NCBI GenBank assembly: GCA_046726415.1
Contig: JBKPAK010000156.1
Coordinates: 1 to 64,000, forward strand
Reading direction: 5' to 3'
DNA: 64,000 nt
Source of the DNA: Candidatus Methylomirabilota bacterium
GTDB lineage: Bacteria; Methylomirabilota; Methylomirabilia; Rokubacteriales; CSP1-6
Part shown: piece after piece, positions 9,092-19,294 of the stretch
Layout: every line of letters begins with the position of its first letter
Numbering within the stretch: position 1 is the first letter of the stretch
Position numbers and translations under genes: made by a program
Notes under the pieces: model-generated
The model's database searches: none
What the model was told of the DNA's origin: nothing
What the model saw: the letters and a program-made list of their open reading frames with translations, nothing else

Positions 9092-11557
9092 ATGCCCGCC
9101 GAGACTAGCTGGCCGCCACTGCCCCCAATTTCGCTCTTCCTCCTCACCCTGGCGGGCGCCTTGTTGGGGCTGGCCTTCTTGGTGATCAAAGCTGCGCCGA
9201 GGGCACGCGCCAATCGCAGTCTCGCCTGGGCGGCCCTGGCCGTGGCGGCCTGGGTGGTCGGGGTGTCGGGTCTCCAGACCGGTGCGCATCTTCAGATGTG
9301 GTTGGCCCTGGCCTTCTCGGGATCGGCATACATCCCGGCAACACTCTTGAGCCTTGCCCGCTACTATCCAGTGGCGACCGCGTCGCCGCGCTTCTCGATA
9401 CGCGCGGTCAGTTATGTGTCGGCGATCCTGTTCTCCTACTGCTCCCTCGCCACCTCTCTCTTGTTCTCCCGTCCTCGCGTGGTTGATGGAATGTTTCTGC
9501 GAGACCCGGGACCCCTCTATCCCCTCTTTGTGTCCTATTTCGTCATTGCCTGGTTCGTGGTGTTAATCGCCCTCTGCCGGAAGGCGAGTCTGGCCACGCC
9601 CCGGCAGGGTATGCAGCTGCGCTACTTTGTGATCGGGCTGACGGTTTCGACCGCGGGAGGCATGACCACAAACCTCTTCATACCGTATGTGACCGGGAAT
9701 TCCGCCTATAACTGGCTGGGGCCGTGCTTTGTGGTGTCATTTATCATGTTGGTCGCTCACTCGATCATTCGCCATCATTTGATGGACTTACGCCTGGTGC
9801 TCCATCGGAATCTCCTTCGGGTTTTCGCCACCGCCGCGTCGTTGGTGCCGCTCCTGATCGTCCTGTCTCTCTGGGGGACGCGGAGTGAGTCGGGGGTCAG
9901 CGGTGGTCGCCTGGCCTTCATGGGAGCCATCCTTCTGGCTGGGCTTCTCGTTCCCCTCGTCCGCGACATGTCGCTTCGCCTTATGGACCACTATGTGTAT
10001 CGGCCGCGGGCCAACTATCGGCGGACGGTCAAGGAGTCCAGCGCCCTCCTCACCAGAGTCCAGAACGTAGGATCCCTGTTGACCGCCACCGCCGCGCGAG
10101 TGACCGAAGCCATGGGCGCGGAGGGCGTGGTGATCTATCTCTGCGAAGGCGACTCGTCAGCAAGGGCCGTCGTCCACCCCACGATGGACGGTCGGTTCAC
10201 GCCCCCCGACGCCCTTCCTGCCATCGTCAGTCAGGCCCTGAAAACCGGACCTCATCAGGTCCTTGGCCAAGGCGCAGCGAGCGGCGACCGTCGCACCGAG
10301 TCTCTGCGCGACACCCTCCACGACCTCGACTGGTCGCTGGTTCTTCCGCTGATCTCCGACGACACGATCATCGGCGCCATGGCCATCGGGCCCAAACTCT
10401 CCGGGGACCCGTACTATCCCCAGGACCTCGACCTGCTGGCCACCCTGGCCAACCACGCCGGAATCGCCGTAAAGAATGCGCAGCTCTACGCGGAGGTCGT
10501 GTTGGCCAACGAGTACGTAGAGAACATCGTGGCCACCATCAACAGCGGGGTGGTGGCCGTCAACGCGGCGGGGCGCGTCACCCTTTTCAATCGCGCGGCC
10601 GAACACCTCACCGGGCTGGGCGCCGCTGACGTCCGGGCCCAGCCCACCGGCGTCCTACCCACCTGCCTGAGTGAGCCACTGACCCGGGTGGTGGCCGAGG
10701 GACAAGCCGTCACCTGCCCCGAAATCGCTCTTCCCGGGCGCACCACCGCCGCGCGGCCAGTCATCTGTACGGTGTCGCCTCTGCGCGACACCGCGGGCCG
10801 CATCCTGGGCGGGGTCGCGGTGTTCAGCGATCTCACGCCGCTCAAAGAGCTGGAGATCTCGCGAAGGCGGGCGGAACGGCTCGATTACTTCAAGTCACTG
10901 GCCTCGGGCTTCGCCCACGAGATCAAGAACCCGTTGGTCTCCATCAAGACGTTCGTCCAGCTCGTGCCCCACCGTTTGGGCGACACCCGATGGCTGGAGG
11001 AGTTCAGCCAGGTCGTGCAGCGAGAGATCGAACGACTCGAGCGGCTTCTGCAGAGACTGGCCACGCTGGGCCGCTCGAGCGAACGCCCCCAGCGGCTTCT
11101 CGATCTCCGCATTCCGCTGCGAGAGGCGCTGGAACTGCTCCAGCCGGAGTTTGCCCAGCGGCACATCAACGTGGCCGCCCACTTCGGGGAGGCCAAGCCC
11201 ACGATGCTCGGCGACCACGATGAGCTGAAGCAGTTGGCCCACAATCTCCTCATCAATGCCCTCCAGCACACGCCGGTCGGCGGCGTGGTCACCGTCGAGC
11301 TGAAGGCCGCCGACGGAAGGGTGACCATGACGGTCGCCGACACCGGTCCCGGCATCCCTGCCGAGCTGATGGAGCGCGTCTTCGATCCCTTCGTGACCAC
11401 GCGGACGCAGGGCACGGGTCTCGGCCTGGCCATCTGCACGGGCATAGCCGCTGCCCATCGGGGGCGGATCCAGGCGGTGAACCAGACGGGTGGCGGCGCC
11501 GCCCTCACCGTAGAATTCCCGTTGGCGACAGGGGTCCTGGCCGCCGCGGGGGCGTGA
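9092..11557 (+). CDS. Sensor histidine kinase (N-terminal 7TM-type region, GAF, PAS, HisKA, HATPase)
   Basis: Multiple TM segments, FAHEIKNPL H-box, NLLINA, DTGPG and GTGLGL motifs. Confidence 0.93.
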   Translation: MPAETSWPPLPPISLFLLTLAGALLGLAFLVIKAAPRARANRSLAWAALAVAAWVVGVSGLQTGAHLQMWLALAFSGSAYIPATLLSLARYYPVATASPRFSIRAVSYVSAILFSYCSLATSLLFSRPRVVDGMFLRDPGPLYPLFVSYFVIAWFVVLIALCRKASLATPRQGMQLRYFVIGLTVSTAGGMTTNLFIPYVTGNSAYNWLGPCFVVSFIMLVAHSIIRHHLMDLRLVLHRNLLRVFATAASLVPLLIVLSLWGTRSESGVSGGRLAFMGAILLAGLLVPLVRDMSLRLMDHYVYRPRANYRRTVKESSALLTRVQNVGSLLTATAARVTEAMGAEGVVIYLCEGDSSARAVVHPTMDGRFTPPDALPAIVSQALKTGPHQVLGQGAASGDRRTESLRDTLHDLDWSLVLPLISDDTIIGAMAIGPKLSGDPYYPQDLDLLATLANHAGIAVKNAQLYAEVVLANEYVENIVATINSGVVAVNAAGRVTLFNRAAEHLTGLGAADVRAQPTGVLPTCLSEPLTRVVAEGQAVTCPEIALPGRTTAARPVICTVSPLRDTAGRILGGVAVFSDLTPLKELEISRRRAERLDYFKSLASGFAHEIKNPLVSIKTFVQLVPHRLGDTRWLEEFSQVVQREIERLERLLQRLATLGRSSERPQRLLDLRIPLREALELLQPEFAQRHINVAAHFGEAKPTMLGDHDELKQLAHNLLINALQHTPVGGVVTVELKAADGRVTMTVADTGPGIPAELMERVFDPFVTTRTQGTGLGLAICTGIAAAHRGRIQAVNQTGGGAALTVEFPLATGVLAAAGA

Positions 11558-11618
11558 AGACGCCCGCCTGATCGCTTCGGACGACGTCCTCGCCCCAGGG
11601 AGACCCGGAGCTCCTCGA

Positions 11619-12680
11619 TCAGTGGCGGCGGTTCAGTCCGTGCTCTTCGATCTTTCGAAGCAACGTCCGGTAGCTGATCTTGAGCTGGCGTGCCGCTTCG
11701 ACGCGCCGCCAGCGCGTGCGGCCGAGCGCCCGATGAAGCTCGGCGCGCTCGGCGGCCTTGGCCGCGCGCTCGACGACCGCCTTGAGCCCTCCACCTGTCT
11801 CCGCCGCCGCTTCCTCGCTCGTCGGCGAGGGGCCATCGACGGGCACAGGGGGCGTAGGGATCCGCGCTTCCGCGGGAAGCGCGTCGATGGCGCGGGGCGA
11901 CACCAGGCCCGGCCGTCGCTCCGCCAGCTCCACCGCCACCAAATCTTCGGTACCCAGCACCACGATGCGGGTGAGGACGTTCTCCAGCTCGCGCACGTTG
12001 CCGGGCCACGGATAGGCCAGGAAGCGATCGAGCGTCGTCGACGAGAGGCGCCGCCTCGGGCGTCCATACTCGTGCGCGTACAGCTCCAGGAATCGCTCGG
12101 TGAGGATGGGAATCTCCTCGGGGCGGCTTCGCAGGGCTGGCACGTGGAGGTTGATCACGTTGAGTCGGTAGTAGAGATCTTCGCGGAACTCCTTCCGCGC
12201 GACGAGCTGGGCGAGATTCTTGTTGGTGGCGGCGAGCACGCGGACGTCGACCCTGATGTCCGCGCGGCTGCCGAGCCGCGAGAATTGCCGATCTTGGAGG
12301 ACCTGGAGGAGCTTCGCTTGGATGGGCAAGGGCATCTCGCCCACTTCATCGAGAAAGATCGTGCCCGTGTCGGCCTGCTCGAACTTTCCTGGCTTGGGCC
12401 GGTTGGCGCCCGTGAAGGCCCCGCGCTCGTAGCCGAACAGCTCGCTCTCGAGGAGTTCCAGGGGCAGCGCCGCGCAGTTCACCTTCACGAAGGGCCGGGC
12501 CCGGCGCGGGGAGCCGTCGTGAAGCGCCCAGGCCACCACTTCTTTGCCGACACCGGTTTCGCCCCAGACGAGCACGGTCACGTCGGTCGGAGCGACGTTG
12601 TCAACGATCTTCTTGACGCTGCGCATCGGCTCGCTATGCTCAAAGGCCGAGCGGTAGAGAGCCCTCTTGGCCGTCATCAT
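11619..12680 (-). CDS. Sigma-54-dependent activator (AAA+ and Fis HTH) without a receiver domain
   Basis: GETGVGKE, GAFTGA, FLDEVGE, FREDLYYRLN and WPGNVREL motifs, plus C-terminal HTH. Confidence 0.92.
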   Translation of the reverse strand: MMTAKRALYRSAFEHSEPMRSVKKIVDNVAPTDVTVLVWGETGVGKEVVAWALHDGSPRRARPFVKVNCAALPLELLESELFGYERGAFTGANRPKPGKFEQADTGTIFLDEVGEMPLPIQAKLLQVLQDRQFSRLGSRADIRVDVRVLAATNKNLAQLVARKEFREDLYYRLNVINLHVPALRSRPEEIPILTERFLELYAHEYGRPRRRLSSTTLDRFLAYPWPGNVRELENVLTRIVVLGTEDLVAVELAERRPGLVSPRAIDALPAEARIPTPPVPVDGPSPTSEEAAAETGGGLKAVVERAAKAAERAELHRALGRTRWRRVEAARQLKISYRTLLRKIEEHGLNRRH

Positions 12681-12877
12681 CTGCAGATGCGGGTGCTCAT
12701 GGCTCTTGTGTCTGGCTCAACGGCGCCGGAAGTATCGCCCGGATCGAGGAGAGGATCAAGAGGTGTGACCGCGTCGGGAGGGCCAACGTCCCCGTCAAAC
12801 CGCGGGAGCGCCCCGCCATCACTGCGAGATCGCGCACCCGACCGACCCCCAACCCGGCGCCGCACCTCCCGACACCG

Positions 12878-14101
12878 TTATTCCCGCATGCTCCCGGACC
12901 TCGCGCGCGGGTCGCGGACCCGAAGCACCAGCAGCGCCGTTCCCGCGATTCCTCCCACCAGCGCGATGGCAAAGACCGGCACGAGGCCGACGGCATCGGC
13001 CACCATCCCGGCAGCGAGTGGGGTCGCGAAGAACACGGGCGCCAGGGCCGTGTTGCCCAGTCCGACGTACGTGGGACGCTCTTCGGGTCGAGGCGCGAAG
13101 TCGAGCAGCATGTTCTGGCCGGACACGCTGACCGATGCCTGAAAAACGCCCATCAGCGCGAAGGCTCCCCCGTAGAGTTCCAGCGACGTCGCGGTGAGGG
13201 CGATGAGGTTGGCTCCGACCAGTGACGCTGTTCCCGCGACGAGCACCACCCGACCTCCCACACGGTCGGCCACCCAGCCCAGGATGCCGTTGGCGGCGAT
13301 CTGCCCCATGAGGAGGGCGCTGGTGAAGACACCGACCTGCCAGGTTGGCGCCGCCAGTCCGCGCAAGGCATAGACCGTGAAGAACGCGCTCGACATGCTC
13401 ACCACGCCCATGCAGGCGCGAGCGGCCAGGAACCAGACGAGGTTCGCGTCGCTGCGCAGGATATCGAGCACGAGCCCGAAGAACCTCGGCAACGGCAGCC
13501 GTTCCGATACGACCGTGGCCGCCGGCTCCTTCACGAGGGCCAGGGCGATCCACGACAGTCCCATGCATGCGGTGGCGGCCAGGAAGCACACACCGTAGCA
13601 GGCCGGCGCCGGAACCTGGGCCAGCACGTAGGCTGTTCCGAAGCTGCCGACAAAGCCGGCGGCCCCCGCGATACCGCTCCACACGCCGAAGAATCGGCCG
13701 CGCGACTGCACCGGAATCGTGCTGGCCACGACGTCCATCCAGGCCGGCATGAGGGCCCCCCCAGTTGCCGTGAGCACGAAGAGCATCAGAAGCATGACGG
13801 CGAGCGTCAGCGCCCGCGCCGACTCGGCGGTGGTGAAGGCGAGGACGGCCAGGATCAGAAACGGCACGCGCTCCGCGGCGGTGTATCGAAGCACCAGAGG
13901 CAGCTTCCGAGACAGGGTCCGCGTGTGGTGAGCGGCGAGTAGCGACGGCAGGTACCACCCGAGGGTCATCAGGGCCGGAATGGCGCCAATGACGACGTTG
14001 CTGGCTCCCAGGTGCGCGGCGAACGCCGGCAGGATCGTGGACTGCGACGCGAAGGACATCCCCACCAGAAAGAGGGCGTAGTCGGCCCCCAGGGCCGCCA
14101 C
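12878..14101 (-). CDS. MFS transporter
   Basis: About 12 hydrophobic segments and a GWVADRVGGR loop motif. The true start may be slightly upstream. Confidence 0.85.
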   Translation of the reverse strand: MAALGADYALFLVGMSFASQSTILPAFAAHLGASNVVIGAIPALMTLGWYLPSLLAAHHTRTLSRKLPLVLRYTAAERVPFLILAVLAFTTAESARALTLAVMLLMLFVLTATGGALMPAWMDVVASTIPVQSRGRFFGVWSGIAGAAGFVGSFGTAYVLAQVPAPACYGVCFLAATACMGLSWIALALVKEPAATVVSERLPLPRFFGLVLDILRSDANLVWFLAARACMGVVSMSSAFFTVYALRGLAAPTWQVGVFTSALLMGQIAANGILGWVADRVGGRVVLVAGTASLVGANLIALTATSLELYGGAFALMGVFQASVSVSGQNMLLDFAPRPEERPTYVGLGNTALAPVFFATPLAAGMVADAVGLVPVFAIALVGGIAGTALLVLRVRDPRARSGSMRE

Positions 14102-14152
14102 GTTGCGCCGCAGACCGAGATTGGCGATCAGAGGCGCTGCGTGGTGGTGCTC

Positions 14153-15067
14153 TCAGCCGCTGCCGGCCGCCGACCGCTTGACCTGGTCCGCCAGCTTGCA
14201 GAAGGCGCAGAGGGTGCCGATGGTCACCTGACCGCAGCGGACGCACTCGTTGAGGACCACGGTGTCCGTTCGTTCGAACGCCGCGCGACCCTTGTCGAGG
14301 AAGCCGAAAAGAAAGGTGTGCTTGGTCCCGGGCGAGGCCGCCTCGAGACGGTTCAGCGTTTCTTTGTGCGCGATCGACGTCGCCCCCTTGGCGAACGGGC
14401 ACTCGTCCACGATGTAGTCGATCTTCCGCAGAAAGGCGTAGGCGGCCGTCTCCTGCTCGGTCAAGCGATAGAGCGGCTTCACCCGGCGCACGAGCTTCGC
14501 GTGGGAAGCGGGCAGCGCCGGCGACTGGCGGGACAGCGCATCCATCTGCCAGTGCATGACTGAACCGAACAGCGTCGCTGCTTCGTCATCGAGATTGTGG
14601 CCGGTGGCGACCACTGGAAACGCGTGCTCGAGGGCTGCGCCATTGATCAGGTAGCGCTTGGCGAGTCCGCAGCCCGAGCACGGCGGCCGGCGCGTCACCT
14701 GCCGGATCACCGGCACCGGCGCTCCGACCTCCTCGGCCACCGTCGAGACGATGAGCGGCACCCCCCGCGCATCGGCGAAGGCGCGGCACTTCGCCTTGGA
14801 CTCCTCGGAATACTCGAAGATTCCCAGGTCGAGGTAGAGCCCGCCCGCCTCATAGCCCTCGTCGAGGAGCACATCCCAAAGGGCGAGCGAATCCTTGCCG
14901 CCCGATACGGCCACCAGCACGCGCTCGTCCCGCTCGAACATGCGGTGGCGCCGGATGGCCTCGCGCACCTGATTGCGGAAGAACTCGAGGAAGTCCGACG
15001 CACAGAAGGCCGTGTTGTGGCGCCGTAACTCGATGACGGCGCCGGCTCCGCACTTCTTGCACTTCAC
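14153..15067 (-). CDS. ttuA: TtuA/Ncs6-type tRNA 2-thiolation ATP pyrophosphatase
   Basis: CxxC zinc fingers at both ends, SGGKDS PP-loop, CSGC and ATGHNLDD motifs. GTG start at 15067. Confidence 0.88.
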   Translation of the reverse strand: MKCKKCGAGAVIELRRHNTAFCASDFLEFFRNQVREAIRRHRMFERDERVLVAVSGGKDSLALWDVLLDEGYEAGGLYLDLGIFEYSEESKAKCRAFADARGVPLIVSTVAEEVGAPVPVIRQVTRRPPCSGCGLAKRYLINGAALEHAFPVVATGHNLDDEAATLFGSVMHWQMDALSRQSPALPASHAKLVRRVKPLYRLTEQETAAYAFLRKIDYIVDECPFAKGATSIAHKETLNRLEAASPGTKHTFLFGFLDKGRAAFERTDTVVLNECVRCGQVTIGTLCAFCKLADQVKRSAAGSG

Positions 15068-15267
15068 GCCGTCGACCCCCCGGACATGACCGGCCGCAGC
15101 TCGAGGGTCTCGTGCTCGCCCACCACGTGATCGGCGGTGACCAGCGTGTCGCCGGCGATGACGAGCACGCTCTCCGGGATGACGTCGAGCTCGCGCAGGA
15201 TCTCCTTCACCCGGCGGTTGCCCCGCACCTCGATCTCTCGACGCGGGTTGCGCAGCACGACTTTCAT
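15064..15267 (-). CDS. ttuB: MoaD/ThiS-family sulfur carrier (TtuB-like)
   Basis: MKVVLRNPRRE...LRPVMSGGSTA. Overlaps the ttuA start (GTGA). Confidence 0.85.
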   Translation of the reverse strand: MKVVLRNPRREIEVRGNRRVKEILRELDVIPESVLVIAGDTLVTADHVVGEHETLELRPVMSGGSTA

Positions 15268-15278
15268 GACCGGGGGAG

Positions 15279-15335
15279 CGTCCACCACTGGTCGAGGCCG
15301 AGCCGCGGGAACGTCCGCCACTGGTCGAGGCCGAG
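15279..15335. repeat. Two 24-bp direct repeats (CGTCCRCCACTGGTCGAGGCCGAG), period 33
   Basis: Copies at 15279-15302 and 15312-15335 with one mismatch, just upstream of ttuB. Confidence 0.75.
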
Positions 15336-15621
15336 ATCGCCCCGACCGTGCGTGAACCGCATGGGACGCGGATCGGCGATGACGAGCCTCTGGGCAAGCG
15401 CCACGAGGAATCTCCTTCGGGACTTGGAGTGGACCGCAACGGCAGTATACCCCGAGCATGGACGCGCGGACGGGACAGGACCCTCGGGCCCAGAGTCCGA
15501 GGTGGAGGCTCCCCGCGAGGACGGTTGCGTTCTGCCCGCGATGCCGCTGAACCCGGGGCCCCGGATGGCGATCGTCCCGATCCTTTTCCGGGATGGCCAT
15601 TCGTGGGATGCTCTACCGCCG

Positions 15622-16185
15622 ATGGATGTCGATCGCCGCCATGCGCTGGCCCGCGCTCCGTGGAAGACGCGGACGAGCCGCGCGGTCTACGAGAATCCCT
15701 GGATGCGCCTGCGCGAGGACATCGCCGAGATGCCGGACGGGCGCACCACGATCTACGGCGTGGTCCAATGCAAGCCGGCGGTGGGGGTGTTGCCCTTCCT
15801 GGACGACGATATCGTGGTGCTCGTCGGCCAGTACCGCTACGTCTTCCACGAGTTCAGCTGGGAGATGCCGACCGGCGCGGCTCATCCCGGCGAAACCCTC
15901 GAAGCGGCGGCGCGCCGCGAGCTGGTCGAGGAAGCAGCCTACGAAGCCGCTGACCTCGTCAAGCTCTGCGACTTCCAGACCTCGAAGAGCATCGTGGAGG
16001 AGGTGGCCCACATCTACGTGGCGAAAGGGTTGCGCTCCGCGCGCGGCCACGCAGACCCCACCGAGTTCATCGAGGTGCGGACCTTCCCCTTCGAGGCGGC
16101 TCTCGAGATGGTGCAGCGCAGTGAGATCAAGGATTCGATGACCGTCGTCGCCATCCTGCACGCCGCCCTCCGCCGAGGCGGCTAA
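15622..16185 (+). CDS. NUDIX hydrolase (ADP-ribose pyrophosphatase-like)
   Basis: WEMPTGAAHPGETLEAAARRELVEEA Nudix box. Confidence 0.92.
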   Translation: MDVDRRHALARAPWKTRTSRAVYENPWMRLREDIAEMPDGRTTIYGVVQCKPAVGVLPFLDDDIVVLVGQYRYVFHEFSWEMPTGAAHPGETLEAAARRELVEEAAYEAADLVKLCDFQTSKSIVEEVAHIYVAKGLRSARGHADPTEFIEVRTFPFEAALEMVQRSEIKDSMTVVAILHAALRRGG

Positions 16186-16256
16186 CGAGCGCTCGGGTCG
16201 ACACCGCCTCTGCCGTGCTCTTGACGACCGGTGGGGGAGCGGCATACCGTCAGCCC

Positions 16257-17633
16257 ATGCCCACCCTCAAGATCGACGGGGCCCGTTTCATCCTCACCCT
16301 CGACCCCGAGCGGCGGATCATCGAGGACGGCTCGATCCTGATCGACGGCCAGCGGATCTCGCACATCGACAAGGCCCATCGCCTGCGCGACGTTCCCGCT
16401 GACCGCGTCATCGATGGGCGCGACATGGTGGTAACGCCGGGCTTCTGCAGCAATCACATGCACATCAGCTACGCGCACGCCGTGCGCGGCATTTTTCCCG
16501 ACAACCTCGATCCCATGGTGTACCTCGGGCACGTGTTCACCTTACAGCAGGCCATGAGCGCGGAGGACGAGTACGACACGTCACTCCTGGCCATCACCGA
16601 GCTTCTCAAGTACGGGACGACGTGCTTCCTCGATCCAGGGAGCACGAAGTTTCTGGATGCGTGCCTGGCGGCCTACGACACCGCGGGCTGCCGTATCGTG
16701 GTGGGCTGGCAGGTCGTGGATCGGCCCAATCCCCTGCACTTGCCGGTGTACCCGACGGACGAGGCCATCCGGCGAATGGACGAGACGATCCAGAGGTACG
16801 ACGGGCGCCTCGACGGCCGCGTGCGGGCGTGGGCCATGCCTTTCGATGCGGCGTTCTGCTCGGACGAGTTGCTCCGCGCCGCGAAGGGCCTCGCCGATCG
16901 CCATGGCGTGGGCTTCACGTTGCACCAGGCCAACCGGCCCAGCGCCGTGAAGATGTACCAGGACAAGTACGGAAAGCGCCCCGTGCAGTATCTCGACGAT
17001 CTGGGGGTGCTCGGCCCCAACGTCCTGCTCGCCCACGTGGTCGACCTCGACGACCGCGAAATCGACGCCATCGCCCGCACCGACACCAAAACGGTCATGT
17101 GCCCGTCCGCCGCCCTCAAGATGGGATCGCAGATGACGCGCACGGCCCGGCTGCCCGAGATGGTCGCCCGCCGTATCTGCGTCAGTCTGGGCACGGACGC
17201 CGGGAACAATTCGAACCTCCTGGAGACGCTGCGCGCGATGTATCTGGTGACCGTGCTTTACAAGGATGCCCGCGGCAGCACCGACGTGGTGCCGGCCGAG
17301 CTGGCCGTCGAGCTGGCCACCCTCCATGGGGCTCGGGCCCTCGGGCTGGAGCGAGAGATCGGTTCGCTGGAGGTCGGCAAGCGGGCCGATCTGGTTCTCT
17401 TCGAGACGCGGCGGCCCGAATGGCGCAACCTCTTCAATCCAGTGAATGCCCTCGTGTACGGTGCCGACGGGCGCAGCGTGCACACCGTCATCGTCGACGG
17501 CCGCATCGTGGTCGAGAATCACCGCGCGTGCTTCGTCGACGAGAATGCGCTGATCGACCGCGTCCAAGGCCTCGGCCAGCGGCTTCTGGATCGCACCGGC
17601 ATTCGCTTCGCCCCGCGCTGGCCCGTGGTGTAG
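16257..17633 (+). CDS. Amidohydrolase (TRZ/ATZ, MTA/SAH deaminase-like)
   Basis: PGFCSNHMH, LLAHVV, SLGTD and GSLEVGKRADLV motifs. Confidence 0.9.
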   Translation: MPTLKIDGARFILTLDPERRIIEDGSILIDGQRISHIDKAHRLRDVPADRVIDGRDMVVTPGFCSNHMHISYAHAVRGIFPDNLDPMVYLGHVFTLQQAMSAEDEYDTSLLAITELLKYGTTCFLDPGSTKFLDACLAAYDTAGCRIVVGWQVVDRPNPLHLPVYPTDEAIRRMDETIQRYDGRLDGRVRAWAMPFDAAFCSDELLRAAKGLADRHGVGFTLHQANRPSAVKMYQDKYGKRPVQYLDDLGVLGPNVLLAHVVDLDDREIDAIARTDTKTVMCPSAALKMGSQMTRTARLPEMVARRICVSLGTDAGNNSNLLETLRAMYLVTVLYKDARGSTDVVPAELAVELATLHGARALGLEREIGSLEVGKRADLVLFETRRPEWRNLFNPVNALVYGADGRSVHTVIVDGRIVVENHRACFVDENALIDRVQGLGQRLLDRTGIRFAPRWPVV

Positions 17634-17710
17634 GAGTGAGTGAAAGACCGCCCCAGCTCCGCCCAGGCAGCCCGAGCTTTTGGGCGTGTGGGGACTGCCG
17701 CGCAATCGGG

Positions 17711-17810
17711 GAGCACGCCGGTCGCGGCGACGGGAGCTCTGAGGGCCGTTCCGGCTCGTCCGGGGCGTGCTCGAGCGTAGGGGGCTTGGGGGGCCCTTTC
17801 GAGGCCCCCC
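17711..17810. repeat. Intergenic palindromic (REP-like) element: long hairpin plus G6CC/GGC6 hairpin
   Basis: GAGCACGCC (17711-19) pairs with GGCGTGCTC (17764-72). GGGGGGCC-CTTTCGA-GGCCCCCC at 17788-17810. Confidence 0.55.
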
Positions 17811-17885
17811 ATGTCTTCAAACCCCCAAGCAGTGAACCTCAATACCGTGCGAGCAGCTCACGTAGGAGCGAAAGGAGACCGTGCC

Positions 17886-18485
17886 ATGGCCCAGTTGACA
17901 ATCCCGATCGACGCAAAGCGTTTCGCCTCCGGCCTCAGCTGGAAGGACTACATGGCCCAGATGGGCGACACCCGGGCGCGGACGGAGGAAAACTACCAGA
18001 AGTCGGCCCTCACTGAAGAAGAGCGCTCGTTCTTCAAGGGTCTGCCCCAGGTCCGCTACGCGCTGATGCTCGCCGAAAACTGGTGCGGTGATGTGCACCG
18101 GAACTCTCCGCTCCTCGCCCATATCTGCGAGGCGATGCCCAACTGCGAGCTCCGCGTGTTCTTTCGCGATCAGAACATCGACCTGACCGACCTCTTTCTC
18201 AATAACGGCTACCGGTCCATCCCGGTCATCGTCTTCTTCGACAAGGACTGGAACGAGATCGGCCGGTGGATCGAGCGGGCCCACGCCGCCACCCAAAAGG
18301 CCTACGCGATCCGATCCAAGACGTTAGAGGTCGCGCCGGCCGATCAGCAGGAAACGGCCATGAACGAGATGCGCAAGCAGGTCCAGGAGGCGTACACCGT
18401 GCCCGGCAGCACGCTCTGGCGCGAGGCTGCCAAGGAAGTCCGCCAGGTCCTGGAGACCCGCCTGGGCCTCGTGGGGAAGAAGTAA
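17886..18485 (+). CDS. Thioredoxin-family protein (WCGD motif)
   Basis: AAAGGAGA RBS, AENWCGDV and RSIPVIVF motifs. Confidence 0.88.
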   Translation: MAQLTIPIDAKRFASGLSWKDYMAQMGDTRARTEENYQKSALTEEERSFFKGLPQVRYALMLAENWCGDVHRNSPLLAHICEAMPNCELRVFFRDQNIDLTDLFLNNGYRSIPVIVFFDKDWNEIGRWIERAHAATQKAYAIRSKTLEVAPADQQETAMNEMRKQVQEAYTVPGSTLWREAAKEVRQVLETRLGLVGKK

Positions 18486-18487
18486 GG

Positions 18488-19294
18488 CTACTTCGCTGAC
18501 GCCAGCACGATCGGGCCGGTGGGGGCGGCGACGCCGCCCGCCGGCTCGATGGTGACGGCGAAGACATCGACCGGCCGCGCATCCGGCACCGGGGCCACGA
18601 CCAAGCCTCCCTTTCCGGAGGCGTCGACGGTGAAGAGGCCAGCTGGGCGAGGCGCCCCTCCGGTGATCGTCCATAGCTCGTAGGTCTTGTCGGTGGGCAG
18701 CGGCGCCAGGCTGGTCACGAGCAGGTGGCCCCCGGCCATCACATTCCACACCAGCCGGCCGGCGGCCGCCGATGCCGGTCCGGTTGCCCGCAGTCCAATC
18801 ACCTGGGTCCCGGGTTCGCGCAGCAGCTCCACCACGTGGCTCGCCGCGGCCATCTCCCTGCGCAGCGAGGCCTCCTGCTGGCGAAGGTGCTCTCTGATGG
18901 CGCTCGTCTCGCGAGCCATGCGGCCGATCTGAGCCTCGTACCGCGACGCCACGAACCCTCCGGAAAGGAAGGCGGCGAGGCTGGCCGCGACGGCGCCGGC
19001 CACCCAGGGGAACCACCGCGGACGCGCTCGTGGCCGAGGCATCGCCACGGCCAGCGGACGGCGCGCGCGCTCCGACGCCACGCGCGCCATGAGGGCCCGC
19101 TTGACGGACGCCGGCGGCACGACGGGCGGTGCCTCGAGGGCCAGGCGCGCCAGAGTCTCCTCGGCATCGCGCAGCGCCGCCACGCACTCCCCGCATCCGT
19201 CGGCGAGGTGGGTCTCGAAGAGCACCCGATCCTCTCCGTCCAGGGCGCGGAGCGCGTAGCCGGCGGCCAGGGTCGCGTACGTGTCGTGACTCAT
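18488..19294 (-). CDS. Anti-sigma factor, RskA-like, with N-terminal HxxxCxxC
   Basis: HLADGCGEC, a TM segment, TYELW and FAVTIEPAGG..PTGP motifs. Confidence 0.9.
   Translation of the reverse strand: MSHDTYATLAAGYALRALDGEDRVLFETHLADGCGECVAALRDAEETLARLALEAPPVVPPASVKRALMARVASERARRPLAVAMPRPRARPRWFPWVAGAVAASLAAFLSGGFVASRYEAQIGRMARETSAIREHLRQQEASLRREMAAASHVVELLREPGTQVIGLRATGPASAAAGRLVWNVMAGGHLLVTSLAPLPTDKTYELWTITGGAPRPAGLFTVDASGKGGLVVAPVPDARPVDVFAVTIEPAGGVAAPTGPIVLASAK

Noticed and set aside
14102-14155. ttuA-MFS fusion via in-frame TGA (GSG*EHHH...)
   Set aside because: The frames are collinear, but TtuA is complete at this point, the codon is not at a Cys position and no convincing hairpin follows. 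An independent, possibly non-canonical, MFS start is simpler.
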